A stretch of 64,000 nucleotides of DNA. Origin: Rhodanobacter sp. GTDB lineage: Bacteria; Pseudomonadota; Gammaproteobacteria; Xanthomonadales; Rhodanobacteraceae. The stretch lies in assembly GCA_035564915.1 (NCBI GenBank), contig DATMTH010000024.1, positions 1,095-65,094 of the forward strand. The letters are read 5' to 3'. This document shows positions 1 through 10,362 of the stretch, in pieces. The notes beneath the pieces are model-generated. The model made no database searches. It was not told the DNA's origin and saw nothing but the letters and a program-made list of their open reading frames with translations. Position 1 is the stretch's first letter. Each line of letters opens with the position of its first letter. The translations under genes and the position numbers were made by a program.

Positions 1-379
1 CGCGTGGTGCATGCAGTTCGGGCATCCGTTCGTGAAGGCGATTGCGATGGGAGAGGGGTCGGTGACATCACCGCGCTTTCGCGAGCATCCGCACGCGGCG
101 GCCATGCTGCTCGACGGCCACAGTCCCGGCGAGGCGGGAGGCGGCGGCAAGACATTTGACTGGCGTGTGCTTCCTGCGGAGCTCGGATGCCCGTTGATCC
201 TGGCTGGGGGGCTCGATGCGGCGAATGTCGGCGATGCCATCCGGATGGTGCGTCCGTGGGCGGTGGATGTGGCCAGCGGGGTCGAATCGGCGCCGGGAAT
301 CAAGGATCCGCGCAAGCTTTCAGCATTCGTTCGTGCCGTTCGGGAGGTCGACGTGGAGCGGCCGGCCCATATTCGTTAG
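1..379 (+). CDS. trpF: Phosphoribosylanthranilate isomerase, 5'-truncated by the window edge
   Basis: C-terminal TrpF motifs LLDGH..GEAGGGGKTFDW, LILAGGL..NV, PWAVDVASGVESAPGIKD; frame is open to the window start. Confidence 0.95.
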   Translation, partial: AWCMQFGHPFVKAIAMGEGSVTSPRFREHPHAAAMLLDGHSPGEAGGGGKTFDWRVLPAELGCPLILAGGLDAANVGDAIRMVRPWAVDVASGVESAPGIKDPRKLSAFVRAVREVDVERPAHIR

Positions 380-447
380 CGACCGCGCGCCGATGACGGA
401 ATCCGGTCGGCGCGCTAGGATCGCTGATTGATTGTCACCTGTGACGG

Positions 448-1464
448 ATGGACTGCATGCCTGCCACTGCCATTGAGGAGTATCGCGATACCGGTCAGTC
501 GCCGGTTCTTGCCGATCTGGTGGGCCACGATCGTCCGCTGATCATTCGCGGGCTATGCAGGGACTGGCCCATCGTGAAGCTGGCGCGGCAGTCGGATACG
601 GCCTTCGCGCAGCGACTGGCCGAGCTGGACAATGGTACCGACGTGACGACCTTGATGATCGCGCCGGAGGCCGACGGCATCATTGGCTACACGCCGGACA
701 TGAGCGGATTCAGCTACCAGCACTTCAAGGTGCCGTTGACCCTCGGCCTGCAGCGACTGGCGAAATACAGCCGGCGCGAGAGTGCGCCAGGCCTGGTGAT
801 CCAGAGCGTGCCAATCCGCGAATGCATGCCGGGGTTCCTGGCCGAGCATGCGCTGCCCTTGCTTGACCCGGGCATCGAGCCGCGGCTGTGGATGGGCAAC
901 CGGGTCACCACGCCCACGCATTTCGATTCGCAGCACAACATCGCCTGCGTGGTCTGCGGCACCCGTCGCTTCACGCTGTTTCCGCCGGAACAATTGCCCA
1001 ACCTCTATATCGGGCCACTGGACTACGCGCCCACCGGTGCGGCAATCAGCATGGCCCGGCTGGATCAGCCCGACGATCCGCGCTATCCGCGTCTGAAGCT
1101 TGCACTTGCCGAAGCACGGGTCGCCGAACTGCATCCGGGCGATGCGATCTACATGCCGCCGCTGTGGTGGCACAACGTGGAGTCGCTGGAGCCGCTCAAC
1201 GCGTTGGTCAACTATTGGTGGAACCCGCTGCAGGTCGAGGGTTATCAGAGCGGTCACGCGCGGGCTGCGCTGTACCACTGCCTGCTCGCTTTTCGCGGAC
1301 TGCCAGCAGAGGAACGGGCCAACTGGCGCAACCTGCTGGATCACTACGTGTTCGGCGCAGAGGATATCGCTGCACATATTCCCGAGGAGCACCGTGGCGT
1401 ACTCGGTCCGCTCACACCGGAAACCGTGGAACAACTGAAGCTGGGCGCGCGGCAGCATCTCTGA
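448..1464 (+). CDS. Cupin-like/JmjC-domain Fe(II)/2-oxoglutarate-dependent oxygenase (Cupin_8 type)
   Basis: LWMGN..TPTHFD (HxD), FTLFPPEQ..LY and PGDAIYMPPLWWHNVESL..NALVNYWW, typical JmjC facial triad. Confidence 0.85.
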   Translation: MDCMPATAIEEYRDTGQSPVLADLVGHDRPLIIRGLCRDWPIVKLARQSDTAFAQRLAELDNGTDVTTLMIAPEADGIIGYTPDMSGFSYQHFKVPLTLGLQRLAKYSRRESAPGLVIQSVPIRECMPGFLAEHALPLLDPGIEPRLWMGNRVTTPTHFDSQHNIACVVCGTRRFTLFPPEQLPNLYIGPLDYAPTGAAISMARLDQPDDPRYPRLKLALAEARVAELHPGDAIYMPPLWWHNVESLEPLNALVNYWWNPLQVEGYQSGHARAALYHCLLAFRGLPAEERANWRNLLDHYVFGAEDIAAHIPEEHRGVLGPLTPETVEQLKLGARQHL

Positions 1465-1467
1465 GAG

Positions 1468-2361
1468 TCATCCGGGTTCCGCCAGTTCCTGGCGCAGCCA
1501 GCGGGTCAGTGCGAGCAGGCGCGAATCGCCGACGTGCCTGGGTGAGCACAGGATCCAGCTCGCACGAGTGGGCAGGAAGCCCCATGGCGCGACCAGCCGG
1601 CCGGCGGCGAGGTCATCGGCTACCAGTGGTTGTGGTGCGATGGCCACACCGAGACCGGCCACCGCCGCCTCCAGCAGGTAGTAAAGATGCTCGAACGATT
1701 GCCCGTAATGCAGGCGGCTGGCAGCAATGCGATGCGCGCGTGCCCATGCTGGCCAGGCCTGCGGGCGTGATGTCGTGTGCAGCAGCGCTTCCTTGCACAG
1801 TGCCGTGACGCTGGCCTTGCACAAGGCGGCGTGACGCGGGTGACGCGGGCTGAACACCGGGCCGATCTGTTCCGATGCCAGCGCATGCACCTGCCATTCC
1901 GGTGGCAAGGGTGGTTCGGCCAGCAACAAGGCGGCATCCACACCAGGCAGGGCGGCAGAGGGTGTGCCTTCGCTCGCGGACAGGTGCAGTTTCAGTGCCG
2001 GCAGGTCGCGACCGAGCCGTTCCATCCGCGGGATGATCCAGCGTGCCAGCACGCTGCCCGAGCAACCGAGCACGAACGGTGCCTGGCTCGCGCTGCGGCG
2101 CAGCTCGTCGCAGGTCATGCGCAGCTGTGTGAATGCACCCGCAGCGCTGTCGCGCAGGCGCAGGCCGGCGGCCGTCAGCGTCAGGCCGCGTCCCGCGCGG
2201 TTGAACAGGGGTACGCCAAGATCGGCTTCGAGTGCGCGAATCTGTCGGCTCACCGCGCCGTGGGTCACGTGCAGTTCGATCGCCGCATGGCTGACACTTT
2301 CCAGTCGTGCCGCCACCTCAAAGGCACGCAAGGCATTCAGTGATGGCAATTCACGGGGCAT
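1468..2361 (-). CDS. trpI: LysR-family activator of trpBA
   Basis: LysR HTH ([37 protein letters not shown]); divergent from trpB; TrpI box in the intergenic region. Confidence 0.88.
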   Translation of the reverse strand: MPRELPSLNALRAFEVAARLESVSHAAIELHVTHGAVSRQIRALEADLGVPLFNRAGRGLTLTAAGLRLRDSAAGAFTQLRMTCDELRRSASQAPFVLGCSGSVLARWIIPRMERLGRDLPALKLHLSASEGTPSAALPGVDAALLLAEPPLPPEWQVHALASEQIGPVFSPRHPRHAALCKASVTALCKEALLHTTSRPQAWPAWARAHRIAASRLHYGQSFEHLYYLLEAAVAGLGVAIAPQPLVADDLAAGRLVAPWGFLPTRASWILCSPRHVGDSRLLALTRWLRQELAEPG

Positions 2362-2367
2362 GGTATC

Positions 2368-2384
2368 TGTGAGTTTTCCTGACA
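2368..2384. promoter_or_regulatory. TrpI binding site
   Basis: TGTGAG-TTTTC-CTGACA, the reverse complement of the TGTCAG-N5-CTCACA site I known for Pseudomonas TrpI, between trpI and trpB. Confidence 0.75.
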
Positions 2385-2490
2385 GGTGGTGGCCATCTTA
2401 TCGCTTTTGCCGGAGGCCTCGCTGGGTTAGGGTGAATATCCTGTCGCGGCGCCCGGGCGTCGCAGCGGTTTCCCGATTTCGAGTGATGAC

Positions 2491-3702
2491 ATGCCAAAGA
2501 TCGACGATTTTCACGCCTGGCCTGATGCGAACGGTCGCTTCGGCGACTACGGCGGCAGCTATGTCGCCGAAACCCTGATGGCGCCCCTGGCAGAGTTGAG
2601 CGAAGCCTATGAACGCCTGCGCCGGGATCCGGGTTTTCTCGCTGAACTCGATCGCGATCTGCAGCATTATGTCGGCCGGCCCAGCCCGATCTACCACGCC
2701 GAGCGCCTGTCGCAACATGTCGGTGGTGCACGCATCCTGCTCAAGCGCGAGGACCTGAACCACACCGGCGCGCACAAGATCAACAACACCATCGGCCAGG
2801 CGCTGGTGGCGCGGCACATGGGCAAGCAGCGGGTGATCGCCGAGACCGGCGCCGGTCAGCATGGCGTGGCCACGGCCACGGTGGCCGCGCGCTTCGGCAT
2901 GCATTGCGTGGTCTACATGGGCGCCGTGGACATCGAGCGGCAGAAGATCAACGTTTACCGGATGAAGCTGCTCGGTGCCGAGGTGGTGCCGGTGACTTCC
3001 GGCTCGAAGACGCTGAAGGATGCATTGAACGAGGCGATGCGCGACTGGGTCACCAACGTGGCCGATACGTTCTACATCATCGGCACCGTGGCCGGTCCGC
3101 ACCCGTATCCGAAGATGGTGCGCGACTTCAATGCCATCGTCGGGCGCGAGGCGCGTGCGCAGGTGCTGGCGCAATACGGTCGCCTGCCGGACGTGCTGAC
3201 CGCGTGCGTCGGTGGTGGCTCGAACGCGATCGGCCTGTTTCATGCTTTTCTCAACGATGCGGATGTGCGCATCGTTGGCGCCGAGGCGGCGGGCGAGGGC
3301 ATTGCCAGCGGGCATCACGCCGCGTCGCTGTCGGCCGGTCGCCCCGGCGTGCTGCATGGCAATCGCACCTATGTGCTGTGCGACGACAACGGCCAGATCA
3401 CCGAGACGCATTCGGTCTCGGCGGGGCTGGATTATCCCGGCGTCGGCCCCGAGCATGCGTTTCTGAAGGATGCGGGACGTGCCGACTACGTTGGCGTCAC
3501 CGACGACGAGGCGCTGGAAGCGTTCCACCTGCTGGCACGTACCGAAGGCATTCTTGCGGCACTGGAATCCAGTCATGCCGTGGCGCAGGCGATGAAGCTG
3601 GCGCGCGAGCTGCCGCAGGACGGTATCGTGCTGTGCAATCTTTCCGGCCGCGGCGACAAGGACGTGCACACCATTGCGGCGCGCGAAGGAGTCCAGGTAT
3701 GA
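2491..3702 (+). CDS. trpB: Tryptophan synthase beta chain
   Basis: [19 protein letters not shown]-lysine motif, [28 protein letters not shown]. Confidence 0.98.
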   Translation: MPKIDDFHAWPDANGRFGDYGGSYVAETLMAPLAELSEAYERLRRDPGFLAELDRDLQHYVGRPSPIYHAERLSQHVGGARILLKREDLNHTGAHKINNTIGQALVARHMGKQRVIAETGAGQHGVATATVAARFGMHCVVYMGAVDIERQKINVYRMKLLGAEVVPVTSGSKTLKDALNEAMRDWVTNVADTFYIIGTVAGPHPYPKMVRDFNAIVGREARAQVLAQYGRLPDVLTACVGGGSNAIGLFHAFLNDADVRIVGAEAAGEGIASGHHAASLSAGRPGVLHGNRTYVLCDDNGQITETHSVSAGLDYPGVGPEHAFLKDAGRADYVGVTDDEALEAFHLLARTEGILAALESSHAVAQAMKLARELPQDGIVLCNLSGRGDKDVHTIAAREGVQV

Positions 3703-3831
3703 AGCGGGAACGAGTGGAGAGGAGTGAGCAATGAGAGAACGGCAAGGCGCACAGCGTCATCCCCCACGTTTTCGACAAGGTATCGTCATGAACTTTCGTT
3801 TCTCATGTCCCCACGCTCGCGCCTCGCTGTC

Positions 3832-4632
3832 ATGAGCCGCATCGATCGCCGTTTCGCCGCCCTGAAGAGTGCAGGCCGCACCGGCCTGATTCCCTTCGTC
3901 ACTGCCGGTGATCCGTCGCCTGCGCAGATGGTCGCGCTGATGCATGCACTGGTCGGTGCCGGTGCCGACCTGATCGAACTGGGCGTGCCGTTCTCCGATC
4001 CGATGGCTGATGGCCCGGTGATCCAGCACGCCAGCGAGCGGGCGATCGCGAAAGGCGTCGGTCTCGACGAAGTGCTGGGCTGGGTTGCCGAGTTCCGTCA
4101 ACGCGACCCGGATACCCCGATCGTGCTGATGGGGTATCTGAACCCGGTCGAGATCCACGGCTACGCGCATTTTGCGCAGGAAGCCGTGGCGGCCGGCGTG
4201 GATGGTGTGTTGCTGGTCGACTGTCCGCTGGAGGAGTCCGCGGTGCTGCAGCCGTTGCGCGACGCCGGGTTGCAGCAGATTCTGCTGGCCGCGCCCACCA
4301 CCGCACCCGATCGGATGACCGCCTTGTGCGGTTCGGCCGAGGGCTTCCTGTATTATGTGTCATTCGCTGGTATCACTGGAGCAGGGCAGTTGAGCACCAG
4401 CGACATTGCGGCACGGGTCGCAGAGGTTCGCTGCCGCGCCCATGCGCCGGTGGCGGTGGGCTTCGGCATCCGCGATGCGGCCAGCGCCGTGGCGATCGGC
4501 AAGTTTGCCGATGCAGTGGTGATTGGCAGTGCGTTGGTCGAGAGATTGGCAGGTGCCACGGACGCGGCGGATATCGCGGCCCGCGTGCAGCATTTCCTGC
4601 TGCCGATCCGTGCCGCGCTGGATGCACACTGA
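3832..4632 (+). CDS. trpA: Tryptophan synthase alpha chain
   Basis: LIPFVTAGDP, IELGVPFSDPMADGPVIQ, VGFGI; start placed at MSRIDRRF (ATG 3832). Confidence 0.97.
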   Translation: MSRIDRRFAALKSAGRTGLIPFVTAGDPSPAQMVALMHALVGAGADLIELGVPFSDPMADGPVIQHASERAIAKGVGLDEVLGWVAEFRQRDPDTPIVLMGYLNPVEIHGYAHFAQEAVAAGVDGVLLVDCPLEESAVLQPLRDAGLQQILLAAPTTAPDRMTALCGSAEGFLYYVSFAGITGAGQLSTSDIAARVAEVRCRAHAPVAVGFGIRDAASAVAIGKFADAVVIGSALVERLAGATDAADIAARVQHFLLPIRAALDAH

Positions 4633-4678
4633 AACGGTCACCTGACCGTTTCAGGTCAGGAACGTTTGAGGTGTTGCG

Positions 4679-5548
4679 ATGAATTGGCTGCAGAAAATCA
4701 TGAATCCGCGTACCCGCACCCAGGCCACCAACGGCGGCAAGGGCTCGGTGCCCGAGGGCGTGTGGGAAAAATGTGGCGGTTGCGGCACCGTGCTGTACAA
4801 GCCGGAGCTGGAGCGCAACCTGATGGTTTGCCCGAAGTGCGACCACCACCATTACATCAGTGCGCGCATGCGGCTCGATGCCTTGCTCGACAAGGGTTCG
4901 ACGCATGAGCTGTGGGCCAGTCTGGAACCCACCGATCCGCTGAAATTCCGCGACTCCAAGAGGTATCGCGACCGCATCACCGCCACCCAGAAAAAGCTCG
5001 GCGAAAAAGATTCGCTGCTGGCCATGAGCGGCAAGCTCAAGGGCCGGCCATTGGTTGCGGTCGCATTCGACTTTGCCTACATGGGGGGCTCGATGGGCTC
5101 GGTCGGTGGCGAAAAATTCGCCCGCGCAGCCGAACGCGCGCTGGCCGAGCGCAGTGCCTTCGTGTGCTTCGCGGCCAGCGGCGGCATGCGCATGCAGGAG
5201 GCGCTGTTCTCGTTGATGCAGATGGCCAAGGTGTCGGCCGCGCTGGCCCGCCTGCGCGATGCCGGTGTGCCCTACATCAGCGTGCTGACCAACCCGACTA
5301 CCGGTGGCGTATCGGCCAGCCTGGGCCTGCTCGGTGATATCAACATCGGTGAGCCGAAGGCGCTGATCGGTTTTGCCGGTGCGCGCGTGATTGAACAAAC
5401 CGTGCGCGAGACCTTGCCGGAAGGTTTCCAGCGTTCGGAGTTCCTGGTGGATCACGGCGCGCTCGACCTGATCGTCGACCGGCGCGAAATGCGCGACAAG
5501 CTGGCCGACCTGTTCGGCATCCTGACCAGGGCCGAGCGCGCCGCCTGA
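4679..5548 (+). CDS. accD: Acetyl-CoA carboxylase carboxyltransferase beta subunit
   Basis: Zn ribbon [38 protein letters not shown]. Confidence 0.97.
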   Translation: MNWLQKIMNPRTRTQATNGGKGSVPEGVWEKCGGCGTVLYKPELERNLMVCPKCDHHHYISARMRLDALLDKGSTHELWASLEPTDPLKFRDSKRYRDRITATQKKLGEKDSLLAMSGKLKGRPLVAVAFDFAYMGGSMGSVGGEKFARAAERALAERSAFVCFAASGGMRMQEALFSLMQMAKVSAALARLRDAGVPYISVLTNPTTGGVSASLGLLGDINIGEPKALIGFAGARVIEQTVRETLPEGFQRSEFLVDHGALDLIVDRREMRDKLADLFGILTRAERAA

Positions 5549-5616
5549 GTCGAGCCGTCTGCTGCACGTCATGAGCGATGCCGCCTTCGGGCGGCATCGC
5601 CGCAAGTGCCCGGAGG

Positions 5617-5926
5617 TTTTCCACAGCCGCTGTGGAAGTGTTGCGGCAAAGCCTGTGGACAAGCGGGGTTTCGCACTTGTTGATCAGTGACTTGCTACGC
5701 GCTGGTCACGGATTGCACGCGCCGCCGCGCTGCCTGTGCATGCGCGGAACGCGTTTGCGGCAATTGTTTTCCACAGCCATGGTGGACCTCTTCTGTACAA
5801 GCCTGTGGACAACGGCCGTTCGTCGTTTGCGGCCAGGTACTTGCCTCACATTGGCGGTTTTTTGCCCAGCCAGGCGAAGTTCTCCACAGCGATTGTGGAG
5901 CGCAGCCGGTAAAGCCTGTGGACAAG
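5617..5926. repeat. Three 47-bp direct repeats (5617-5663, 5767-5813, 5880-5926), each with three DnaA-box-like 9-mers
   Basis: Each unit is TT(T/C)TCCACAG-N4-(T/G)GTGGA...AAGCCTGTGGACAA(G/C), with identical length and box spacing. Confidence 0.8.
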
Positions 5927-6197
5927 TGGGCTATCTGCCTGAGTGCAAAGGCGTTCGCTACGGCGTGCGCACATACTGCACAGCGGCACGGTTTCGACAC
6001 GGCGGTCGACGTCCATCGTTGCAGACGTTTCAGGCACGGTGCGCCGGCCTCCATGCAGCAGGCTTCGCTGATGCCTGCCAAAGCATCCAGCGCAGGCTTG
6101 CCGATTCGATCGGGTGTCTGCGAACCGCATCTCCCCGACATCTCGTGTACACGACGCTGCGCATACACTGGACGCCATTCCACTGCGGGAGGTCGAA

Positions 6198-6632
6198 ATG
6201 AAGCGTAGCCTGCTTGTGCTCGCACTGACTGGCTTGACGACGATGGCGATGGCTGCCGCTGTCCCCGGCCTGCCGACGACTCCCGCGCCCGCCGGGACAT
6301 CGGTGTACATCATTTCACCCGCTGACGGTGCCACGGTGGGCCGGGATGTCACCGTCCGCTTCGGCCTCACCGGCATGGGTGTGGCGCCGGCCGGTGTGGA
6401 CCGGAAGAATACCGGTCATCACCACCTGCTGGTCGACGTGAGCACGTTGCCGGCGGCGCGCCAGCCGATTCCAGCCGACGCAAACCACATCCACTTTGGC
6501 GGCGGCCAGACCCAGGCCACGATCAAGCTGGCACCGGGAACGCACACCTTGCAACTGGAGCTGGGCGACCGGAACCACGTGCCGTTCGAGCCGGCGCTGG
6601 TGTCGAAGAAAATCACCATCCACGTGGAGTGA
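6198..6632 (+). CDS. DUF4399-type periplasmic protein
   Basis: Signal peptide MKRSLLVLAL; VYIISPADGATV, GHHHLLVD, HIHFGGGQT, PGTHTLQL; GGAGG RBS before ATG 6198. Confidence 0.85.
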   Translation: MKRSLLVLALTGLTTMAMAAAVPGLPTTPAPAGTSVYIISPADGATVGRDVTVRFGLTGMGVAPAGVDRKNTGHHHLLVDVSTLPAARQPIPADANHIHFGGGQTQATIKLAPGTHTLQLELGDRNHVPFEPALVSKKITIHVE

Positions 6633-6652
6633 GTCTTTCGGCGCGGGCCGAC

Positions 6653-7477
6653 TCAGCGGCCGAAGAATACGGAGGCGCCCAGGCCTGCCCACCAGTCCGG
6701 CAGCGGGCCGGACAAGCGATGCCGGAAACCGGCATCGAGCTGCACCCGGCGATCGACTTGCCAGGCCACGCCGGCGCCAGCCAGCGTACCGCCGGCCGAG
6801 CCGGGCTGGTGTTGCCACGCTGCTTCGGCAAACAGCGTCAGGTTTGGGGTGAATGCATGGCTGCGATTGATCGCCACGGTGTAACTGTCCCGGCCGCCGC
6901 CGCGTACATCTTCCAGGTAGGCGCCGGTGCTGTTGGCTGGATCGTTCTGCCAGCCCAGCGCCATGCCCAGCAGATATTGTCGCTGCGCATTGCGGAACGC
7001 ACGGGCGCCGTCGGTGAACTCGACGCTTCCCAGCACCCCCCAGGTGAATGAAGTGTTCGACGAGGGCAGGGCGAGCTTCAATGCCAGGCTGCTGTCGCCA
7101 TGCCCGCTGCGATGGGATGTTCCCGCGGCCGTGGTCTGGCGCAGGTCGTTGTATGACGAGCCGCCGACCTGAAGTTCCAGTGAACGGCCCAGTCCCAGTC
7201 GCAGCAGGCTGTCGGCGGTGTATTGCGAACTGCTGTAGTCGGGTTCGTGATCCTGGCTCCAGCTCGGCAGGCCCTGTTCGAGGGTCAATTCGCCCGGATC
7301 CAGCACGGCGGGATTGAAGCCGAGTCCGGGGCGGTCATAGCCGGGGTTGTCGGCCCGTGCCGGCATGGCAGCAACGAGCCAGCCCAGCGCCAGCAGGGCC
7401 AGCGGCAGCCGTTGCCTGAGTTGAGGACGGTGTGGTGACGGGTTCGGGCGATGGGCCCGGTATCGGCTAAAATCCAT
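6653..7477 (-). CDS. Outer-membrane beta-barrel protein (MetA-pathway-of-phenol-degradation/transporter-like)
   Basis: Signal-like [23 protein letters not shown] motif, alternating beta strands, C-terminal aromatic residues (GASVFFGR); start uncertain. Confidence 0.7.
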   Translation of the reverse strand: MDFSRYRAHRPNPSPHRPQLRQRLPLALLALGWLVAAMPARADNPGYDRPGLGFNPAVLDPGELTLEQGLPSWSQDHEPDYSSSQYTADSLLRLGLGRSLELQVGGSSYNDLRQTTAAGTSHRSGHGDSSLALKLALPSSNTSFTWGVLGSVEFTDGARAFRNAQRQYLLGMALGWQNDPANSTGAYLEDVRGGGRDSYTVAINRSHAFTPNLTLFAEAAWQHQPGSAGGTLAGAGVAWQVDRRVQLDAGFRHRLSGPLPDWWAGLGASVFFGR

Positions 7478-7508
7478 GATCTTGCTTCACTCTTTCAAAA
7501 AGAACCCC

Positions 7509-8909
7509 ATGACCGTACGTACCCGCTTCGCCCCCAGTCCCACCGGTTTCCTGCATATCGGCGGCGCCCGCACCGCACTTTACTGCTGGCTGGAGTCGCG
7601 TCGGCGTGGCGGCGAATTCATCCTGCGCATCGAGGATACCGATCGCGAGCGTTCCACCGACGAAGCGGTGCAGGCGATCCTCGACGCGATGCACTGGCTC
7701 GACCTGGACGCCGACGAGGGCCCGTTCTACCAGACCCAGCGGCTGCCGCGTTACAAGCAGGTGGCCGATGAGCTGGTAGCCGCCGGCAACGCCTATTACG
7801 CCTACGAGAGCAAGGCCGAAATCGAGGCGATGCGCGAGGCCGCGATCGCGAACGGCGAGAAGCCGCGCTACAACGGCCATTACCGCGACCGCAACGAGCC
7901 GTATCGCGAGGACCCCAACCGGGTGATCCGTTTCCGCAATCCGCACGAAGGCTCGGTGGTGTTCGAGGACAAGGTCAAGGGCCGCATCGAGTGGGCCAAT
8001 GCCGAGCTGGACGATCTGGTGATCTTCCGCTCCGACGGCTGGCCGACCTACAACTTCGCAGTGGTGGTCGACGACATCGACATGGGCATCACCGAGGTGA
8101 TTCGCGGTGATGACCACGTCAACAACACCCCGCGCCAGATCAACATCTACAAGGCGCTGGGTGCCGCGGTGCCGGAATTCGCGCACCTGCCGATGATCCT
8201 GGACAAGGAAGGCAAGAAGCTGTCCAAGCGCACCAGCGCGGTCAGCGTGATGGATTACCGCGCCGACGGCTTTCTGCCGCATGCGATTCTCAACTATCTG
8301 GTTCGGCTGGGCTGGTCGCATGGTGACCAGGAAATCTTCGCGCGCGAGGAGATGATCTCGCTGTTCGACATCAGCCACTGCAACAAGGCCGCCTCGCGAT
8401 TTGATACCGAGAAACTGGCCTGGTTCAACCAGCATTATCTGAGAACCGATGAACCGCAGTCGCTGGTCGCCGAATTCGAGTGGCACCTGCAGCGCGCCGG
8501 CATCGACTTCAGCCAGGGCCCCGCGCCGGCGGACGTGATCGTGGCGCTGCGCGATCGCGTGCATACGCTGAAGGAAATGACCGAGCGTGCCAAGATCTGG
8601 TATGGCCCGATCCTCGAGTGGGACGACAAGGCGGTAGCCAAGCATCTGAAGAGCGACACGGCCGCCGCCGTGCTGGAAGCGGCGAAATCGCTGCTGGCCG
8701 AATGCGAGTGGCAGCCTGAGCCGATTCACCAGGTGATCGAGCAGGTGGCAGCGAGGCTGGGGCTGGGCATGGGCAAGATCGCACAGCCGTTGCGCGTGGC
8801 CATGACCGGCACCCAGGTTTCTCCATCGATCGACCAGACGATCTATCTGACGGGACGTGATACGGCGCTTGCCCGTATCGATGCCGCCATCGCGCGCGCC
8901 CACGGCTGA
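7509..8909 (+). CDS. gltX: Glutamate--tRNA ligase
   Basis: [16 protein letters not shown] (HIGH), LRIEDTD, IRGDDH, KKLSKR. Confidence 0.97.
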   Translation: MTVRTRFAPSPTGFLHIGGARTALYCWLESRRRGGEFILRIEDTDRERSTDEAVQAILDAMHWLDLDADEGPFYQTQRLPRYKQVADELVAAGNAYYAYESKAEIEAMREAAIANGEKPRYNGHYRDRNEPYREDPNRVIRFRNPHEGSVVFEDKVKGRIEWANAELDDLVIFRSDGWPTYNFAVVVDDIDMGITEVIRGDDHVNNTPRQINIYKALGAAVPEFAHLPMILDKEGKKLSKRTSAVSVMDYRADGFLPHAILNYLVRLGWSHGDQEIFAREEMISLFDISHCNKAASRFDTEKLAWFNQHYLRTDEPQSLVAEFEWHLQRAGIDFSQGPAPADVIVALRDRVHTLKEMTERAKIWYGPILEWDDKAVAKHLKSDTAAAVLEAAKSLLAECEWQPEPIHQVIEQVAARLGLGMGKIAQPLRVAMTGTQVSPSIDQTIYLTGRDTALARIDAAIARAHG

Positions 8910-8944
8910 TCTCGCGGCCATGTCGATGACCTGCTGAGCCCGGC

Positions 8945-9229
8945 ATGGACGAATTGCTCGCCAGAGCCACCAGGGGCGTCGACCTCGATGCACCGGGTGC
9001 GTTCTTTCACGTGTTCTTCAATCTGTTGAACATGGTGCCCTGGGCCGCCATGTTCTGGTGGAATCTGCTGTTCGTCGCGGTCGGCCTGCTGCTTGGCTGG
9101 TGGCGCGGTCGGCTGGTTGAAGGTGCGGTGTGGGCATGGGTGCTGGGGCCGATTGGCTGGGTCGTGATCGTGCTCAAGCCGCGCCGTCCGTCGCGCCAGG
9201 CACTCCCGCCGCCACCGCCGCATCGATGA
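8945..9229 (+). CDS. Small membrane protein of unknown function
   Basis: 94 aa with two hydrophobic helices (..VLGPIGWVVIVL) and a Pro-rich tail; fills the gap between gltX and zur. Confidence 0.65.
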   Translation: MDELLARATRGVDLDAPGAFFHVFFNLLNMVPWAAMFWWNLLFVAVGLLLGWWRGRLVEGAVWAWVLGPIGWVVIVLKPRRPSRQALPPPPPHR

Positions 9230-9284
9230 ACCTTCACCATTCCGCCGCATGGGCAGATGTATGATCCAACACGAGGTGAATGTC

Positions 9285-9770
9285 TTGAGCCACGATGTCG
9301 AGCACCATTCGGCAACCCATCATCCGCACGCGCACGATGCCAGGGGCTTCGTGCGCGCAGTGAAGCTTGCCAGCAAGGAGCGCGGGCTGCGGCTCACGCC
9401 ACTGCGCATGGAGGTGCTCGAACTGGTGGCGGCGACGCGCAAGCCGATCAAGGCGTATGACCTGCTCGACCAGTTGCGCGAGAAGCACGGCAATGCGGCG
9501 CCGCCCACGGTGTATCGCGCGCTCGACTTCCTGCTGGAAAACGGCTTCATCCACAAGCTGTCATCGATCAATGCCTTCGTCTCCTGCCACCATCCGGCTG
9601 AGGCCCATCAGGTGCCGTTCCTGATTTGCGACAGCTGCTCCAGTGCGCAGGAAGTCTGTGACGACCGGGTGGCCGAATTGATCGAGGCTCAAGCCCTGGG
9701 ACTCGGTTTTCGTCCGCAGGCGCAGACCCTGGAAGTCCACGGTATCTGCAAGGATTGTCGCAAGGCTTGA
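9285..9770 (+). CDS. zur: Zinc uptake regulator (Fur family)
   Basis: LRLTPLR..VL, KAYDLL, APPTVYRALDFL, FLICDSC, EVHGICKDC, His-rich N-terminus; probable TTG start after GAGGTG; Zur box downstream. Confidence 0.88.
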   Translation: MSHDVEHHSATHHPHAHDARGFVRAVKLASKERGLRLTPLRMEVLELVAATRKPIKAYDLLDQLREKHGNAAPPTVYRALDFLLENGFIHKLSSINAFVSCHHPAEAHQVPFLICDSCSSAQEVCDDRVAELIEAQALGLGFRPQAQTLEVHGICKDCRKA

Positions 9771-9800
9771 GTGGCGCGATGCCGGCATATGGCGTTCGAC

Positions 9801-9819
9801 AATGTTATAATGTAACATT
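9801..9819. promoter_or_regulatory. Zur box
   Basis: AATGTTATAATGTAACATT, a near-perfect palindrome matching the proteobacterial Zur consensus AATGTTATA-W-TATAACATT. Confidence 0.85.
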
Positions 9820-9866
9820 ACCGCCGCAGGCACGAAGTCGCCACCCCGGCGGCGCGGAACAGGTCA

Positions 9867-10301
9867 ATGGAAAGCAGGCAGAAAGACAACGCGCGCTGGT
9901 GGCGGATAGCCGATCGCATCGGGACCGCGGCGTCGTTCCTGTGTGCGATCCACTGCGCGTTGCTGCCGTTCGTGCTCGCGCTGCTGCCGTTGATGGGGTT
10001 GGAGTTTCTGGCCGACCACCGGTTCGAGCGCGGCTTTGTGATGTTCGCCTGTGCCCTGGCCCTGGTTGCGCTGGTGCGAGGCTTTCGTCGCCATCAGCAA
10101 CCCTTGCCACTGTTGCTGGCGACTCCCGGCCTGGCGTTGCTGCTGATCGGCGTCACGTTTGCCCAGAATTATTCGGTTGCCCTGCACAGCGTGATGGTGA
10201 CCTGCGGTGGCCTGTTGCTGGCCAGTGCGCACTTCGTCAACCTGCGTCGCGACAGTCGACACGGGCGTGGCCATGTGCACGGGCCGGAATGCGCGCATTG
10301 A
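9867..10301 (+). CDS. MerC-domain membrane protein
   Basis: DRIGTAASFLCAIHCALLP motif, four TM helices, His-rich tail (HGRGHVHGPECAH). Confidence 0.85.
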   Translation: MESRQKDNARWWRIADRIGTAASFLCAIHCALLPFVLALLPLMGLEFLADHRFERGFVMFACALALVALVRGFRRHQQPLPLLLATPGLALLLIGVTFAQNYSVALHSVMVTCGGLLLASAHFVNLRRDSRHGRGHVHGPECAH

Positions 10302-10362
10302 ACCGGCAGCCGGTCGAGCATGGTGATTGTGTAACGGCACCCTGCATTCCTAGCATGCGCGC

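Noticed and set aside
5617-5926. Chromosomal origin oriC
   Set aside because: No AT-rich unwinding element and no dnaA, dnaN or gidA nearby
5578-6300. Overlapping 170-207 aa ORFs in the accD downstream gap
   Set aside because: No protein-like motifs; the apparent repeats (FSTA...SLW) are translations of the DnaA-box modules
9867-10301. Mercury resistance locus
   Set aside because: No merA, merR, merT or merP; the Zur box and context indicate zinc homeostasis
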